Below are positions 15,488 through 28,367 of a stretch of DNA of 64,000 nucleotides, in pieces. The notes under the pieces are model-generated. The model ran no database searches. It saw only the letters and a list, made by a program, of their open reading frames with translations, and had not been told where the DNA came from. Location of the stretch: the NCBI GenBank assembly GCA_964016885.1, contig OZ024741.1:333808001-333872000 (forward strand). The letters run 5' to 3'. A program made the position numbers and the translations under genes. How positions within the stretch are numbered: the first letter of the stretch is position 1; the number at the start of each line of letters is the position of its first letter. Source of the stretch: Eledone cirrhosa (lineage: Eukaryota).

Positions 15488-17037
15488 TTTTCTTCATCGC
15501 TATAATACTTTGTTTAATTTCATCACATTTTTTTTCATCGTCATAACTAGCTCTTTATGAAATACATGAAAGAGAAAAATCTTACTAAAAGACTATCATT
15601 TACTCCCCCAAAATTAAAAATTTGAAGACTGTTGTTGTTGTAGGGGTTTTCCCCTTTGTTTTCTTCATTTATTTTTCTCTTGTTCATGTCTGTTTATTCT
15701 TCCTGGATTTCAAAAAAGCCTTGATTATAAAAGGCATTTTCCTCTTCTTTATGTCTTTATTTCTTTCTTTTATTCCTCTCTCTCTCTCTCTTTCTCCCCC
15801 TCTTCTTTGTCTCTCACTTTTCCTTCCTGTCTCTTTTTTCTTTCTTTCTGCCTTTCTTTCCCCCTCTAATTTTCCTCTCTTTTCCACCCTCTCTTTCTGT
15901 GTCTCCCCTCTCTCTTTGTATGTTTTATTTTTTATTTTCTTCTAAACTTTCTTCCTTTTTCTCTCTTTCTTTTCTTCTTTCTTTACCTCCTCTTCTTCAT
16001 TTATATCTCTTTTCTCTCACTTTTCTTCCTTTCTATTTTCTCACCTATTTTTTTTTACCTCCCCACCCCTCTTCTCATTTTGTTAACTGTTCACAAAGCC
16101 AATATTTTCATGGGGAATGGAGGGGATCAGTCTTAATTTGCTGTAAAATGTAAAATATCTCCTCCTCATCTTCATCCACCTATTTTCCTCTTTGTTTCCC
16201 AATATCGTCACCAGCATCACCACCACCACCTCCATCACCACCACCATCATCATCATCATCGGTGTGTAGCCATCGTTTCTGACGAGTGTTCCATTTGTTC
16301 AAAAGCCCATCAAATGGACTATACCTCTAATTTAAATAGCCAGCCTGGTCACAAACAGTGTCATGCTGAATCTCCCTGAGAATTATGTTAAGAGTACACG
16401 TGTCTGTGGAATGCTGAGCCACTTACACTATAATACGAGAACGATTGTACTTGGAACATAAGAAAAGCTCTGAGATAAAATTATGATGGTAGGTTTTTAG
16501 ATAAATAGAAACACTTTAAACCTTTCGTTACCATATTTCTTATGAAAGACACTGTCTATGATTTTCATAACATTTTGAGTATCATCAAGAATTTGAAACG
16601 ATTTAGTATTACTCGCAGAAAAACCACACTTTGCATGGTTTTCTGCTTGCATGTGTAGTGTGCATATTGATATTATACATAAATATATATGCATGTAATA
16701 TGATATGTCAAATAAAACTGTAATTGACAATATCCATAGAAATTGAAGAGAGTCTGTGTTACACTCTCTTCTGCAATCAGTAAAGTAATCCATCATACAT
16801 TAAAAAAGACGATTTTATATATAAACTGCATTAGGAGAAAATTAGCAATGGAAATATATGCAATGTTTTTATAAGTGTTGTAATATAACGGACGCTAACC
16901 GGAAGTGTTGACATTTGAAAATTTTAAAGAAGTGAATCTTTAAATAAGCAATAAAATTATTTATATTTAATCAAGAGTTACGAAATACGAAATTTAGTAG
17001 ATAAATTATATAATATTCATTCATTATTTATGAAGAG

Positions 17038-17412
17038 TGGTGGCTTGGCAGTATCGGTAGAGGGTCGGACGCCATGCTTTCCAGCATAGTTACGTCCCTT
17101 TGCGGTCTGAGTTCAAATCCCACCGAGGTTAACTTTGCCTTTCATCCTTACGGGGTCGATAAAATAAAGTACCAGTAATGCACTGGGTAATTGATGGCCT
17201 TGTGCCTAAAGTAGAAACAATTATTTATGGATTGGCAGTATCGGTAGAGGGTCGGACGCCATGCTTTCCAGCATAGTTACGTCCCTTTATGATCTGAGTT
17301 CAAATCCCGCCGAGGTTGACTTTGCCTTTCATCCTTACGGGGTCGATAAAATAAAGTACCAGTAATGCACTGGGTAATTTGCTAGCCTTGTGCCTAAAGT
17401 AGAAACAATTAT
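17038..17412 (+). mobile_element. Two head-to-tail, young SINE family A copies
   Basis: ttggcagtatcggtagagggtcggacgccatgctttccagc...gtgcctaaagtagaaacaatt repeated nearly identically (about 17045 and 17232). Confidence 0.92.
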
Positions 17413-17796
17413 TTATTCAAAGTAATCCAACTTATTTTACAAACAGGGTACAAAAATATATTCTGGATGCAGGCCTGCACTCCTTTCTTTATTATAGTTT
17501 AGATTAAGATAACTTTCTCCATTTTGAGAACGATTCTTTTGTAAAATTGTTATGGAAGGTTTATAGATAAATATAAACACTTGAAAATCAACAGCATCAT
17601 ATTGTATAACAATGGACGGTTTCAGGTGGTTTGGTATGAAAAAGGTGAGGATCTGACATGTCATGGAGGGAGGAGGGTACACAATGAGAAGGGGAGGAGA
17701 GGCAAAGAAGAACTAAAAGAATAACTGTAAATATTTCATTGATCCAATTAAGTCTCTGTCATCTATGGTATAGCTGTTGTCATTGAAACTAGTTCT

Positions 17797-18155
17797 TGGT
17801 GATGTTAGTGATGATTGTGGTAGTGGTGATGGTGATGTTAGTGATGGTTGTGGTAGTGGTGGTGGTGATGTTAGTGATGATTGTGGTAGTGGTGATGGTG
17901 GTGGTGATGTTAGTGATGGTTGTGGTAGTGGTGATGGTGATGTTAGTGATGGTTGTGGTAGTGGTGATGGTGGTGGTGATGTTAGTGATGGTTGTGGTAG
18001 TGGTGATGGTGGTGGTGATGTTAGTGATGGTTGTGGTAGAGGTGATGGTGATGTTAGTGATGGTTGTGGTAGTGGTGGTGGTGGTGATGGTTGTAGTAGT
18101 GGTGGTGATGATGTTAGTGATGGTTATGGTGATGGTGAAGATGATAGTGATGATG
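17797..18155 (+). repeat. 30/36-bp minisatellite (GGTGATGTTAGTGATGGTTGTGGTAGT...)
   Basis: About 10 units built on GGT/GAT triplets. Confidence 0.92.
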
Positions 18156-19261
18156 CTCACTTTGCCTACACTCTCTCCCTCTTCTCCCATCCCCTCTCTC
18201 TCTACAACTTCTCTCCTTTCTCCCTCACTTACCCTTCTGTCTTTTCTTTCTTTTTTTTACTCTATTCTTTCTATTGATTTCTTTCCTCTGCCCACTCTCC
18301 CACCTTTCTCTCCCATCTCATTGTTCTCTATTCTCTTCTTACACATACCATTGTTATTGTTCTTTATCTTCTTCACCCTCTCTCTCTCTCCCTCTTTATT
18401 GTAATCCTTGCTCATCTTCCTCTGCCCCGACCAACCATCCTCCTCCTATCCCCCTCCACCTCTACCTATAGTTTCCAATTTCTCTTAATTTTCACTTTTT
18501 TCTTCCAATTTCCTCTCTTATTCTCTTCCTCTCTCTCATTTTCTTTTTCTATCATCTACTTCTCTGCCCCTTTCTCATTCTCCCTTCCCCTCTCTTTATC
18601 ATCCTTGCTCTCCTCTATCATCTGTTTTCCTCTCTATTATCTTTTTCGTCCTTCATTAGTATTTCCTCTTTCTCTCTCTCTCTCTCTCATTGACACTTTC
18701 CCATGATTCTCTCTCTGTCTTTCTCTCTTTCTGTGATTTACCAAAATACTTTCTCTCCCAGCAGTCATTTCTCTTCATTTACACTGAGCAAAGACTGAAT
18801 GAAAACCACCTAATCCCACTTTCCATTCACCCCTACCACCCATCTATATCCTCCTTCTAAATCTGACACATGCATGTCTATCTAAGAAATCGATAGTCTA
18901 TGGAATTTGGAACTTCCTGCAGTGTAGGAAGTTCTAGCTTATCATGCATGACACATTATTGGAACACTAGATTCCATGTGATTCACATTCGAAATTCTTC
19001 GTGTGCTCAGCAATCCAATACTCTGACACTAAATCTTGCCTCTTAAAGCAAACACACCACACAATAAAATTTAAACCATTTAAGTATTTTTATTTTATTC
19101 TATTCTCTCTCACTCTCTGTGATGGTGGCAGTGTTGGCAGTAAAATCAGCATGAAGTTTAAAACCGTTCTGTTACCAAACCACATGGAACCCACCCTGGT
19201 TCTATAATATAAAATTGTTTGTTTTAAAGTGTTGATATTTATCTAAAAACAATCCATCATT

Positions 19262-19830
19262 TCATCATCATCATCGTCGTCGTTTTATGTCCACTTTGCC
19301 ATGCTTGCATGGGTTGGATGGGTCTTTTCCAGCACAGCTTTCTTCCACTATTGCAGTCCTTCGACATCTCCTCCTTGAGCTTCAGCAATTTGTGATTAGC
19401 TCTCACAACATCTGTCCTTAATTTTATATAAACACATTTGTTTAGATATGCTTCAAATACCAGATTAACCCTTTCATTACCATATTTCTAAAAATGTACA
19501 CTGTATTTAAATAACTTTATATAGAATTTGGAGGGATTTACTAAAATTATTTTATTCATCATCACCAGCAGCAGCCCCATTTAACATCCATTTTTCCATG
19601 CTAGCATGGGTTAGACAAGTTTTATCATTATGAGACATGACAGATCAGGTGACTATGTCTTGCTCATACAGAACTGTTTCTGGTTTGGTTTCTACAGCTG
19701 GATGCCCTTCCTAACACCAGCCAGATTTACAACATAGACTGGGTGCTTTTTATAGCAGCACCAACGGACAGGTTGGGCTGGGTGCTTTTACATCATGTCA
19801 TTAACACGACCATCTTACAGATTGGACCTG
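19262..19830 (-). mobile_element. RTE 3' end and RTE-tailed SINE fragments
   Basis: catcatc...gttttatgtccactttgccatgcttgcatgggttgg, minus peptide ...LKLKEEMSKD...AVLEKT; gctggatgcccttcctaacacc at 19698. Confidence 0.65.
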
Positions 19831-20079
19831 GTGCTTTTTCTCATTGTACTAAAATGATAGATTAGAAGCTTTTATTGTGTCACCAGCATAATAATAAATA
19901 TGTAAAATAACAAAATGGTATTATATAAAATCATTTTGGAAGACTTTCATTTAAATGGGGATGCTTTAAAATGAGTGTTTTCCTTCCTTGGAACCAGCTG
20001 TTGTTTAAACCAGTTTGGTATGAAATGGGATAATAATGAGAAAGTTAGTTATATTACTAAATCATTGTAAATCATTCCT

Positions 20080-20420
20080 TATTTCCAAAGGTCTGATCAT
20101 GCCATACAATGTGTCATGCTGAATCTTCTTGAGAATTACATTATTGTTACACAAGTTTGTGGAATACTCAGCCACTTGTCCTATAGTACAATAGGGACTG
20201 TACCAGTAATTCAAAGGGCAACCTTGTCAAAACACTGTGTCAAACTGAATCTCTCTGAAAATTATGTTTAACATCTGTGTGGAATACAGAGCCATTTGTA
20301 CTATAATACAATAGGCACTGTACCAGTAATTAAAAGGACCAGCCTTGTCAAAACAGTGCATCACATTGAATCTCTCTAAGAATTAATTATCATTAATATG
20401 TCTGTGGAATACTCAACCAG
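20080..20420 (+). repeat. Three tandem ~123-bp units of an interspersed repeat (also 16330-16430, 48350-48470)
   Basis: ccttgtcaaaacactgtgtca..ctgaatctctctgagaatta...tgtggaatactcagcca recurs at about 20110, 20236 and 20357. Confidence 0.8.
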
Positions 20421-20880
20421 CTTTCTATGGCTGAATGCTCTTTCCTACCACCAACCACTTTACCCAGTACACACTGTAAAGTGGTTGGTGATAGGCAGGG
20501 CATCAAGCTGCAGGAAGCTTGCCAAATAAAGGGCTGAGAGGACCCTTCAGTCATGTCAAGGACATGACAGCTTCCTTATTGTTGGTAATCCAAATGATAA
20601 TAGCACACAGTGCATGCTGTAAAGTGGTTGGTGATAGGAAGTGCATTCAGATGTTGAAAGCCTGCCAAACAAAAGATTGATAGATCTCTGCAGTTGTGAA
20701 AAGTCTTGACAACTTCTCCTGTGCACTCAGTAGAATGTGAGATTATACATAAACAAGATGTAGTTCCCTGGTCTGTCAAGAGGGTTGATGACCCAGCTTC
20801 AGTACTGACATGGTCTATGTAGACCCATCCAACCCTTGCTAGCGAGGAAGGCTGACATTAAAACAATGATGATGATGATG
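20420..20880 (+). mobile_element. RTE-tailed SINE fragments with (GAT)n tail
   Basis: ctgtaaagtggttggtgatagg repeated; ccatccaacccttgctagcgaggaaggctgacattaaaacaatgatgatgatgatg. Confidence 0.7.
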
Positions 20881-21349
20881 CCTGTTCATTTCATGAGTAG
20901 ACACTTTCATTGGTTGAACAACAGGAAGAGTCATCGTCAAATGTGACAGAAAACCATTCCATTCCATTCCGTTCTGTTGCACAGAACACCGTAGGTTATG
21001 TAATAATGTGTGGTACATCATGATATATTTTAAAACTTTATCTGTTATGTAATCATACGATAGAACAGACAGCAAACAACAACAACAGTACAATATATTG
21101 TGTAGTTCTTAAAAAAACCCAACTGAAAATCATTTGTTGGTTGGTTAGTTGGTTGTCTGGCTGGATGGGGGGGCAGGAGCAGGGAGATGGAGGCAACACT
21201 GGGAGGTTTTTGGCAATAGATCTAATTAAAACTAAAACTGCCAGAGAAAGAAATCACTCAATTCTAAAATATTTTAAACATTTCCACTGTTTCGGAAATT
21301 CAGAAGCAACAAGGAGAACAAAAAAAAATAAAAACAACTTAATAATACC

Positions 21350-21390
<41 letters not shown>

Positions 21391-21916
21391 TAATGATACC
21401 AACAACAACAATAACAACAGGCAAGTCATGTAATGAAAATAAAAATAAACAAATCAATGGACGGCTTGTTGTATTCAAATATCTCGGTATCTTCTTCGCT
21501 TAAAGAGTCAAAGTTTCTTTGGAGAAATTTAATTATTTTTCCTGACCCTACCAATTCCTTAATGATAGGCTGTCTCTTCTTTCATGTTATGATTTATTTA
21601 AAACAAAAACAAAAAAATTAAATTAAAAGAAATAAACTAAAAAGAAAAAAAAAAAACATTGATTTTATTTTTAGATTTTTAGATTTTTTCTTCTCTCTTT
21701 TTCTACATTCTACTGTGAGAGTGAGGGGAGAGAGACTCGAGAGGGGGGGGGGGTTATATAACCAAGAGAGCGAGAGAGTGAGTGTGAGAATGAGGAAGAG
21801 AGGAAAGTGAGAAAATGAGGGAAAATATCTTTACAAAGAAAGAATGTTCTCTTTCCTTCACCACTGCTTTCATCATCATCATTATCATCAATATCTTTAT
21901 GATGATTTCTTGCAGT

Positions 21917-21956
<40 letters not shown>

Positions 21957-21959
21957 TTT

Positions 21960-22021
<62 letters not shown>

Positions 22022-22821
22022 AAATAACTAAGAATTTCTTCCTGATAACTTAGTTTAAGGTAATCGAAGCCAACATTTTCTTCCAAATCAAATTAGAATA
22101 GCATTTTCATATGAAAAAAAAAAAAAGCATTTTTAGTTTTATTTATTATTTTTTGTATTGGTTAATATAAATTAGTTAACAGTTTTTTTTTTATAAAAAA
22201 AAGTAAACATGAAATAAAAATAACAGATAAATAAAACAAAGGAGGAAAAAACCTTTAATATAATATAATCAGAGCCACAAATAGAATAAGAATACAGGTT
22301 TAGGAGATTTCAAAACTGTGGTATTTTTCATAAACAAAAGGCTGAAATTGGATGGAATTGCAATGACCAAAAAATAAATAATAAATAAATTAAAAAAAAT
22401 ACCTTTAAAAAATGAGGGAGGCAGTAATTGCATACATGTGATAATATCTTAGTGATATTCAAGGTAGAGAGATGATATAAGTGAATTTTAAAGTTATATA
22501 ACATGGAGCGAGATAGTTTATATGACTTCATAAAGAAAAGAAGAGTCTGTTTCAACTCTTAACGTCCTGCACCACATAGGACCACAAGAAAAAGACATTG
22601 TTAAAAGGTACATGACAGCACTTTGAATACATCAATTTAATAATGAAAGCCTTTACTCTAATACTGAAGATTTTCATTGATAATCTGTCCACCAATAAAA
22701 ATACTATTAACATTTGAATCAACAAATGTGTTTTTAGATATTTCCTACTAGATTATTAAAGAATGTTAAGAAATAAGGGACCAGGTAAATGAAGGTGGGA
22801 GAGAAAATAACAATGGCTTCG

Positions 22822-24560
22822 TATTTAGGCACAAAGTCAACAATTTCAAGAAGGAGGAAAGTCAATAAATTGATCCCTAGTAGTACTTGATTGGTATTTT
22901 ATTTTATTGACCCTATAAGGAAGAAAGGCAAAGTTGACCTTATTGGGATTTAAATTCAGAATATAAAGAATCATAACTAAATATTGCAAAGTAGTTTGTC
23001 TGACACTAATAATTGTATGATTGGACCCATAACTCCTGTGGGAGTTGTAGAGATGCCATATTGTCATACAGCATTTCTAAGGCCTTTTTAAATCTGGTGG
23101 AGCCCATCTCCTGTCCAGGTCTGAATGCAGCAGATTTTTTCCAGAAAAGGATAGAGAGTGAGAGAAAGAAAGTGAGAAAGAGGAAGAATCGACTCCAGTA
23201 CTCTGGTACTTTTTTATCGACAATAACAGTTATGTCAGTCCAAATAACAGTAGTAGTAATAATATTTTCTGATTTAGGCACAAGGCTGGCAATTTGTGAG
23301 GCGGGGAAAGTTGATTAATCCAACCACAGTAGTTGACTGGTATCATATTTTATCAACCCCGTAAGAATGAAAGGCTAAGCTAACTATGGCAGCATTTGAA
23401 CTCAGAAAGTAAAGGGCCATAACTATGCTGCAAAACAAGTTGTCAGACATTTTACCAATACTCCATCCTAACACACACACCAGTTAATGAAGAACACATC
23501 AATCATTTGTTTGAACCATTTCTGTTTTACATTTGAAAAGAGGGTCATAGCCCTGAAATATTATGTTGAAATATACTGGGTAAAACATTGTTTTGTCTTA
23601 TTTATCATCCTTTGCCATATATATATTTCTACTGCATTGCACTGGCTTTGTGAAACTTACCATCATTTATTAATAATAATATTGGTTTCTACTTTTGGCA
23701 CAAGGCCAGCAATTAACCCAGTGCATTACTGGTACTTTATTTTATCGACCCCGTAATGGTGAAATCAAACTTAACCTCGGCAGGATTTGAACTCAGACCA
23801 TAAAGGGCCATAACTCTATGCTGAAAAGCATGGTGTCCGACCCTCTACCAATACTGCCAATCCACTGCCCATATTAATTATTAATAATAATGGTTTCTTA
23901 AATAAGCACAAGGCCAGCAATTTTGGGGGAAGGGAAAGTCGATTAAATCGACCATAGTGCGGGACTGGTACTTTATTTTATTGATCCCAAAAGGATGAAA
24001 GGCAAAGTTTACCTTGGCAGGATTTGAACTCAAACCGTAAAGGGCCGTAACTCTATGCTGCAAAGCATGGCGTCCGACCCTCTATCGATACTGCCAATCC
24101 ACCGCCTTTATTATTTATTAATAATTGTTTCTACTTTTGGCACGAGGCCAGCAATTATCCCAGTGTATTACTGGTACTTTATTTTATCAGCCCCGTAAGG
24201 ATGAAAGGCAAAGTTAACTTCGGCGGGATTTGAACTCAGAATGGCAAGGGACATACTCTATGCATCAAAGCATGGCGTCTGACCCTCTATTGATACTGCC
24301 AATCCACTGCCCTTTATTAATCATTTCTAATAATAATAATGGTTTCTGATTTAGGCACAAGGCCAACGATTTTGGGGGCAGGGGAAAGTCAATTAAATCG
24401 ATCTCAGTGTGTCATAGTTACTTTATTTTATCGACCCTTTTAGGATGAAAGAGAAAGCTAACCTCAGTGGAATTTGAACTCAGAACGTAAGATACTGCAA
24501 CCACATGCTGCAAAACATGTTGTCAGATGCTCTACCGAGTTCTGTTACTCCATTGCATTT
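22822..24560 (-). mobile_element. Array of six same-orientation SINE family A copies
   Basis: gaaaggcaaag.tgacct..g.aggatttgaactcaga or close variants at about 22925, 23370, 23765, 24000, 24205 and 24450, separated by (AAT)n tails. Confidence 0.92.
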
Positions 24561-24679
24561 CCTTCTTCATACTATTTCTCTTTTTATGTTTTGCTCTTCT
24601 CACTTTTTTCTCCCTATCTTTCCCTACATAATTTCTCTCTCATGTTCTGGCAAAATAGATTTATGATATATGTATTTAT

Positions 24680-24706
24680 AATACACACACACATATACAC
24701 ACACAC

Positions 24707-24737
<31 letters not shown>

Positions 24738-24798
24738 TACACACACACATACACATATATACATATAGACACATACACACATATATACATAGACATAT

Positions 24799-24841
<43 letters not shown>

Positions 24842-25026
24842 CATAAACACATATATATACACATACATATACATAAACACATATATACACATACACACAC
24901 ACACATATATATATATATACACACACATACACATATATACATATAGACACATACACACATATATACATAGACATATATATACATACACATACATATACAT
25001 AAACACACATGTGCATATACACATAC

Positions 25027-25057
<31 letters not shown>

Positions 25058-25300
25058 CACACACACACACATACACATATATACATATAGACACATACAC
25101 AAATATACATAGACATAAATATACACACACACACACACAGAGATAAATATATATATATATAAATAAACACATATATATACACATACATATACATAAACAC
25201 ACATATACACATACACACACACACACATATATATATACACACACACATACACATATATACATATAGACACATACACATATATACATAGACATATATATAT

Positions 25301-25333
<33 letters not shown>

Positions 25334-25368
25334 CATAAACACATATATATACACATACATATACACAT

Positions 25369-25399
<31 letters not shown>

Positions 25400-25403
25400 C
25401 ACA
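24680..25403. repeat. Higher-order (CA/TA) compound satellite
   Basis: atacatatagacacatacac...atacatagacat motif recurring roughly every 140-180 bp. Confidence 0.85.
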
Positions 25404-25524
25404 CTCTTACACTAAATAACTTCCAACGGATAGTTTTACTACTTTTGTTGTTGTTTTGTGTTTTCCTGTTGCATGACTAGACATGGGAACATACCACTTA
25501 TTTTAGCTTTCCCCCTTTTCTTAT

Positions 25525-25550
25525 GCACACACACACACATAGACACAAGC

Positions 25551-25583
<33 letters not shown>

Positions 25584-25754
25584 CACACACACACACATAG
25601 ACACAAACATATATATATATATATACACATACACACACACACGCATAGACACAAGCATATATATATATATATATATATACACATACACACACACACACAT
25701 AGACACAAACATATATATATATATACACATACACACACACACACATAGACACAA

Positions 25755-25799
<45 letters not shown>

Positions 25800-26256
25800 C
25801 ACACATAGACACAAGCATATAGATATATATATATACACATACACACACACACATAGACACAAGCATATAGATAGATATATATATATATATACACATACAC
25901 ACACACACACACACAGACACAAGCATATAGATATATAGATATATATATACACATACACACACACACACACATAGACACAAGCATATAGATATATAGATAT
26001 ATATATACACATACACACACACACACACATAGACACAAGCATATAGATATATATATATATACACATACACACACACACACAGACACAAGCATATAGATAT
26101 AGATATATATATACACATACACACACACACACATAGACACAAGCATATAGATATATAGATATATACACATACACACACACACATAGACACAAGCATATAG
26201 ATATAGATATAGATATATATATACACATACACACACACATAGACACAAGCATATAG

Positions 26257-26297
<41 letters not shown>

Positions 26298-26489
26298 CAC
26301 AAGCATATAGATATATATATACACATACACACACACACACACATAGACACAAGCATATAGATATATAGACACATACACACACATACATATATATATATAT
26401 GTGTATGTGTATATGTGTATATATATCTATATGCTTGTGTCTATGTGTGTGTGTGTGTATGAGTATATATATCTATATGCTTGTGTCTA

Positions 26490-26500
<11 letters not shown>
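25525..26500. repeat. Compound minisatellite (...CACATAGACACAAGCATATAGATAT...)n with inverted terminal units
   Basis: About 16 units of catagacacaagcata at 25525-26390; reverse-complement units tatgcttgtgtctatgtg at 26425-26500. Confidence 0.9.
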
Positions 26501-26531
<31 letters not shown>

Positions 26532-27249
26532 TATATATATATATATTATACATATGCACACACACACATATATAAATATATTATACATATGTACACACAT
26601 AGACTCAAACATATATATACACATATGCACACACATATCTTTCATTCCTTCTTCTTCTGTGTTCATTTCTCTGTCCCTCTCTATGTCTGTCACCTTTTTT
26701 CTCATATACTCTCGCTCTCTAATATCTATAGAACGGAACAGTTATTTCAGTCCTCCCCCTTCTCCCCCCCCTCCCGTCCTCCTTTCCATCTCCTCCCCTC
26801 CATCTGTCTCTGTAATATTTATGTAATGGAACACATCAAATTTATTGAATATCTACCATCTACCACACTGACCAATATTTCATTCAAGCAATCATCTATT
26901 CTGTTGACACAGCTATTTTTCACACAGTTCACTCCATGTTTTTCTCACTTCTCCACTGATGTGAAAACTTTGCAGGGAAAATATTGTTCAGTACTAAAAT
27001 AAAGTACATTGTTTTTGTTCTTGTTTCTGTTGACCTCAGGTGGTCAATTTGGTAGAGGGACTAGAATATTTGGCATGTATTCTTTGTCTCTGATTTCTGA
27101 GTTCAAATCCCAGTATCACAGACACTCTCATATACATACTCTCTCACACACACTCTGACATACTCCCGCTCTTTCACATACATGGCTGACTAGTAAGAAC
27201 ACAAGGTTTTTCATCTTTTTCCTCATTTTCTTTTCAATATTTACTGTCT

Positions 27250-27400
27250 TCTTTTTTCTTCTCCCCCAAACATCATCTCACATCTCTGTTACTCTCTTCC
27301 AATGAAGGCCTAGCATCAGAAATGTTAAGACTATTTTCCAACTATTAAGTATTATAAGAATATACTATTATATTGTTCTCTTGTATAGTTTTTTTTACAC
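27250..27400 (+). mobile_element. HHR-bearing short repeat, decayed (tandem partner of 27430-27605)
   Basis: tcttccaatgaaggcctagcatcagaaatgttaagac at 27295-27331. Confidence 0.7.
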
Positions 27401-27483
27401 ATACACACACATAAATAAATAATATATATTTTTTCCAATTCCACCCCTGCCCATCCCTTCAATCTATCTTATTTCTCATTCTC

Positions 27484-27519
27484 TCTTCTGATGAAGGACT
27501 AGCGTCCGAAACGTCAAGA
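27484..27519 (+). ncRNA. Minimal type I hammerhead ribozyme (Penelope/retrozyme-type), core intact
   Basis: Stem I tctt/aaga; CTGATGA; extra A; stem II ggac-tagc-gtcc; GAAAC-GTC with a loopless palindromic (ACGT) stem III. Confidence 0.75.
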
Positions 27520-27884
27520 CCCTCCTCCTGCTATTTCAAGCGTTAACCTAATATATTCCTTCCATATACTGTACCGATTGTGTTGTTATTTCTGTTTTCC
27601 TTTTACACACACATATATATATATATATATATATCATCATCATCATCATCATCATCATCATTTACTGTCCACTTTCCCTGCTAACAAGTGTTATATAGGT
27701 CTTCCCAGACTGAGTTAGTACTGAAGTGGTGCTACTGACCTGGGGTTTGCATCTCACATATAATCCTACATTCTACAAAGTGCATTTTATAATGGCACTA
27801 GCAATAGAGAGGTTGTCATGTCTTTGACACAACTGGAGGGTCCTTCCAACCCTTTTGTTTGACATAGTATATATATATATATAT

Positions 27885-28290
27885 GTAAAAGGTAAACAGA
27901 AATAACAACACAATTGGTACAGTATAACCCTTTAGCATTCACATTACTCTATGTATACTATTATATTTTCATGGTAAATGTTTTATATCACATAATTATC
28001 TCACATAATATCAAATCTATGAGATTTTGAAAGTATTTATTTTGAGAACAATACCTTAACATCAGTTTGAGTGACCAGTTACAGCCAGTTTCAACAGAAA
28101 AAGGTAGAGAATTCTGGCCGATTTTGGCCGGTTTGAACATTAAAGGGATAAGGGAGGAATATATTAGTTAATGCTTGATATAGCAGGAAGAGGGTCTTAA
28201 CATTTTGGATGCTAGTCCTTCATCAGAAGAAAGAATGAGAAATAAAATAGATTGAGGGGACGGTCGAGTTGGAATTGGAAAAAATGTCTT
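27885..28290 (-). mobile_element. Inverted copy of the 27430-27605 HHR repeat, interrupted by a piggyBac-like MITE
   Basis: Reverse complement tcttctgatgaaggactagcatccaaaatgttaagaccc (28192-28230); 27885-27924 continues the homology beyond the MITE. Confidence 0.8.
27928..28147. mobile_element. piggyBac-like MITE
   Basis: TIRs ccctttagcatt / acattaaaggg with ATAA at both ends; homologous to 28693-28913 and 61992-62196. Confidence 0.8.
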
Positions 28291-28367
28291 TAGATAAAAG
28301 TAACAGGTCCATTCATGTTGATCAACCTGTCCAACTCTATCAATCTGTAATTTATGTCTATCTATAC

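Noticed and set aside
17777-18277. GDVSDGCGSG-repeat ORF resembling a structural protein
   Set aside because: Triplet-derived minisatellite open in several frames, non-ATG start, running into a pyrimidine tract with no clear splice context.
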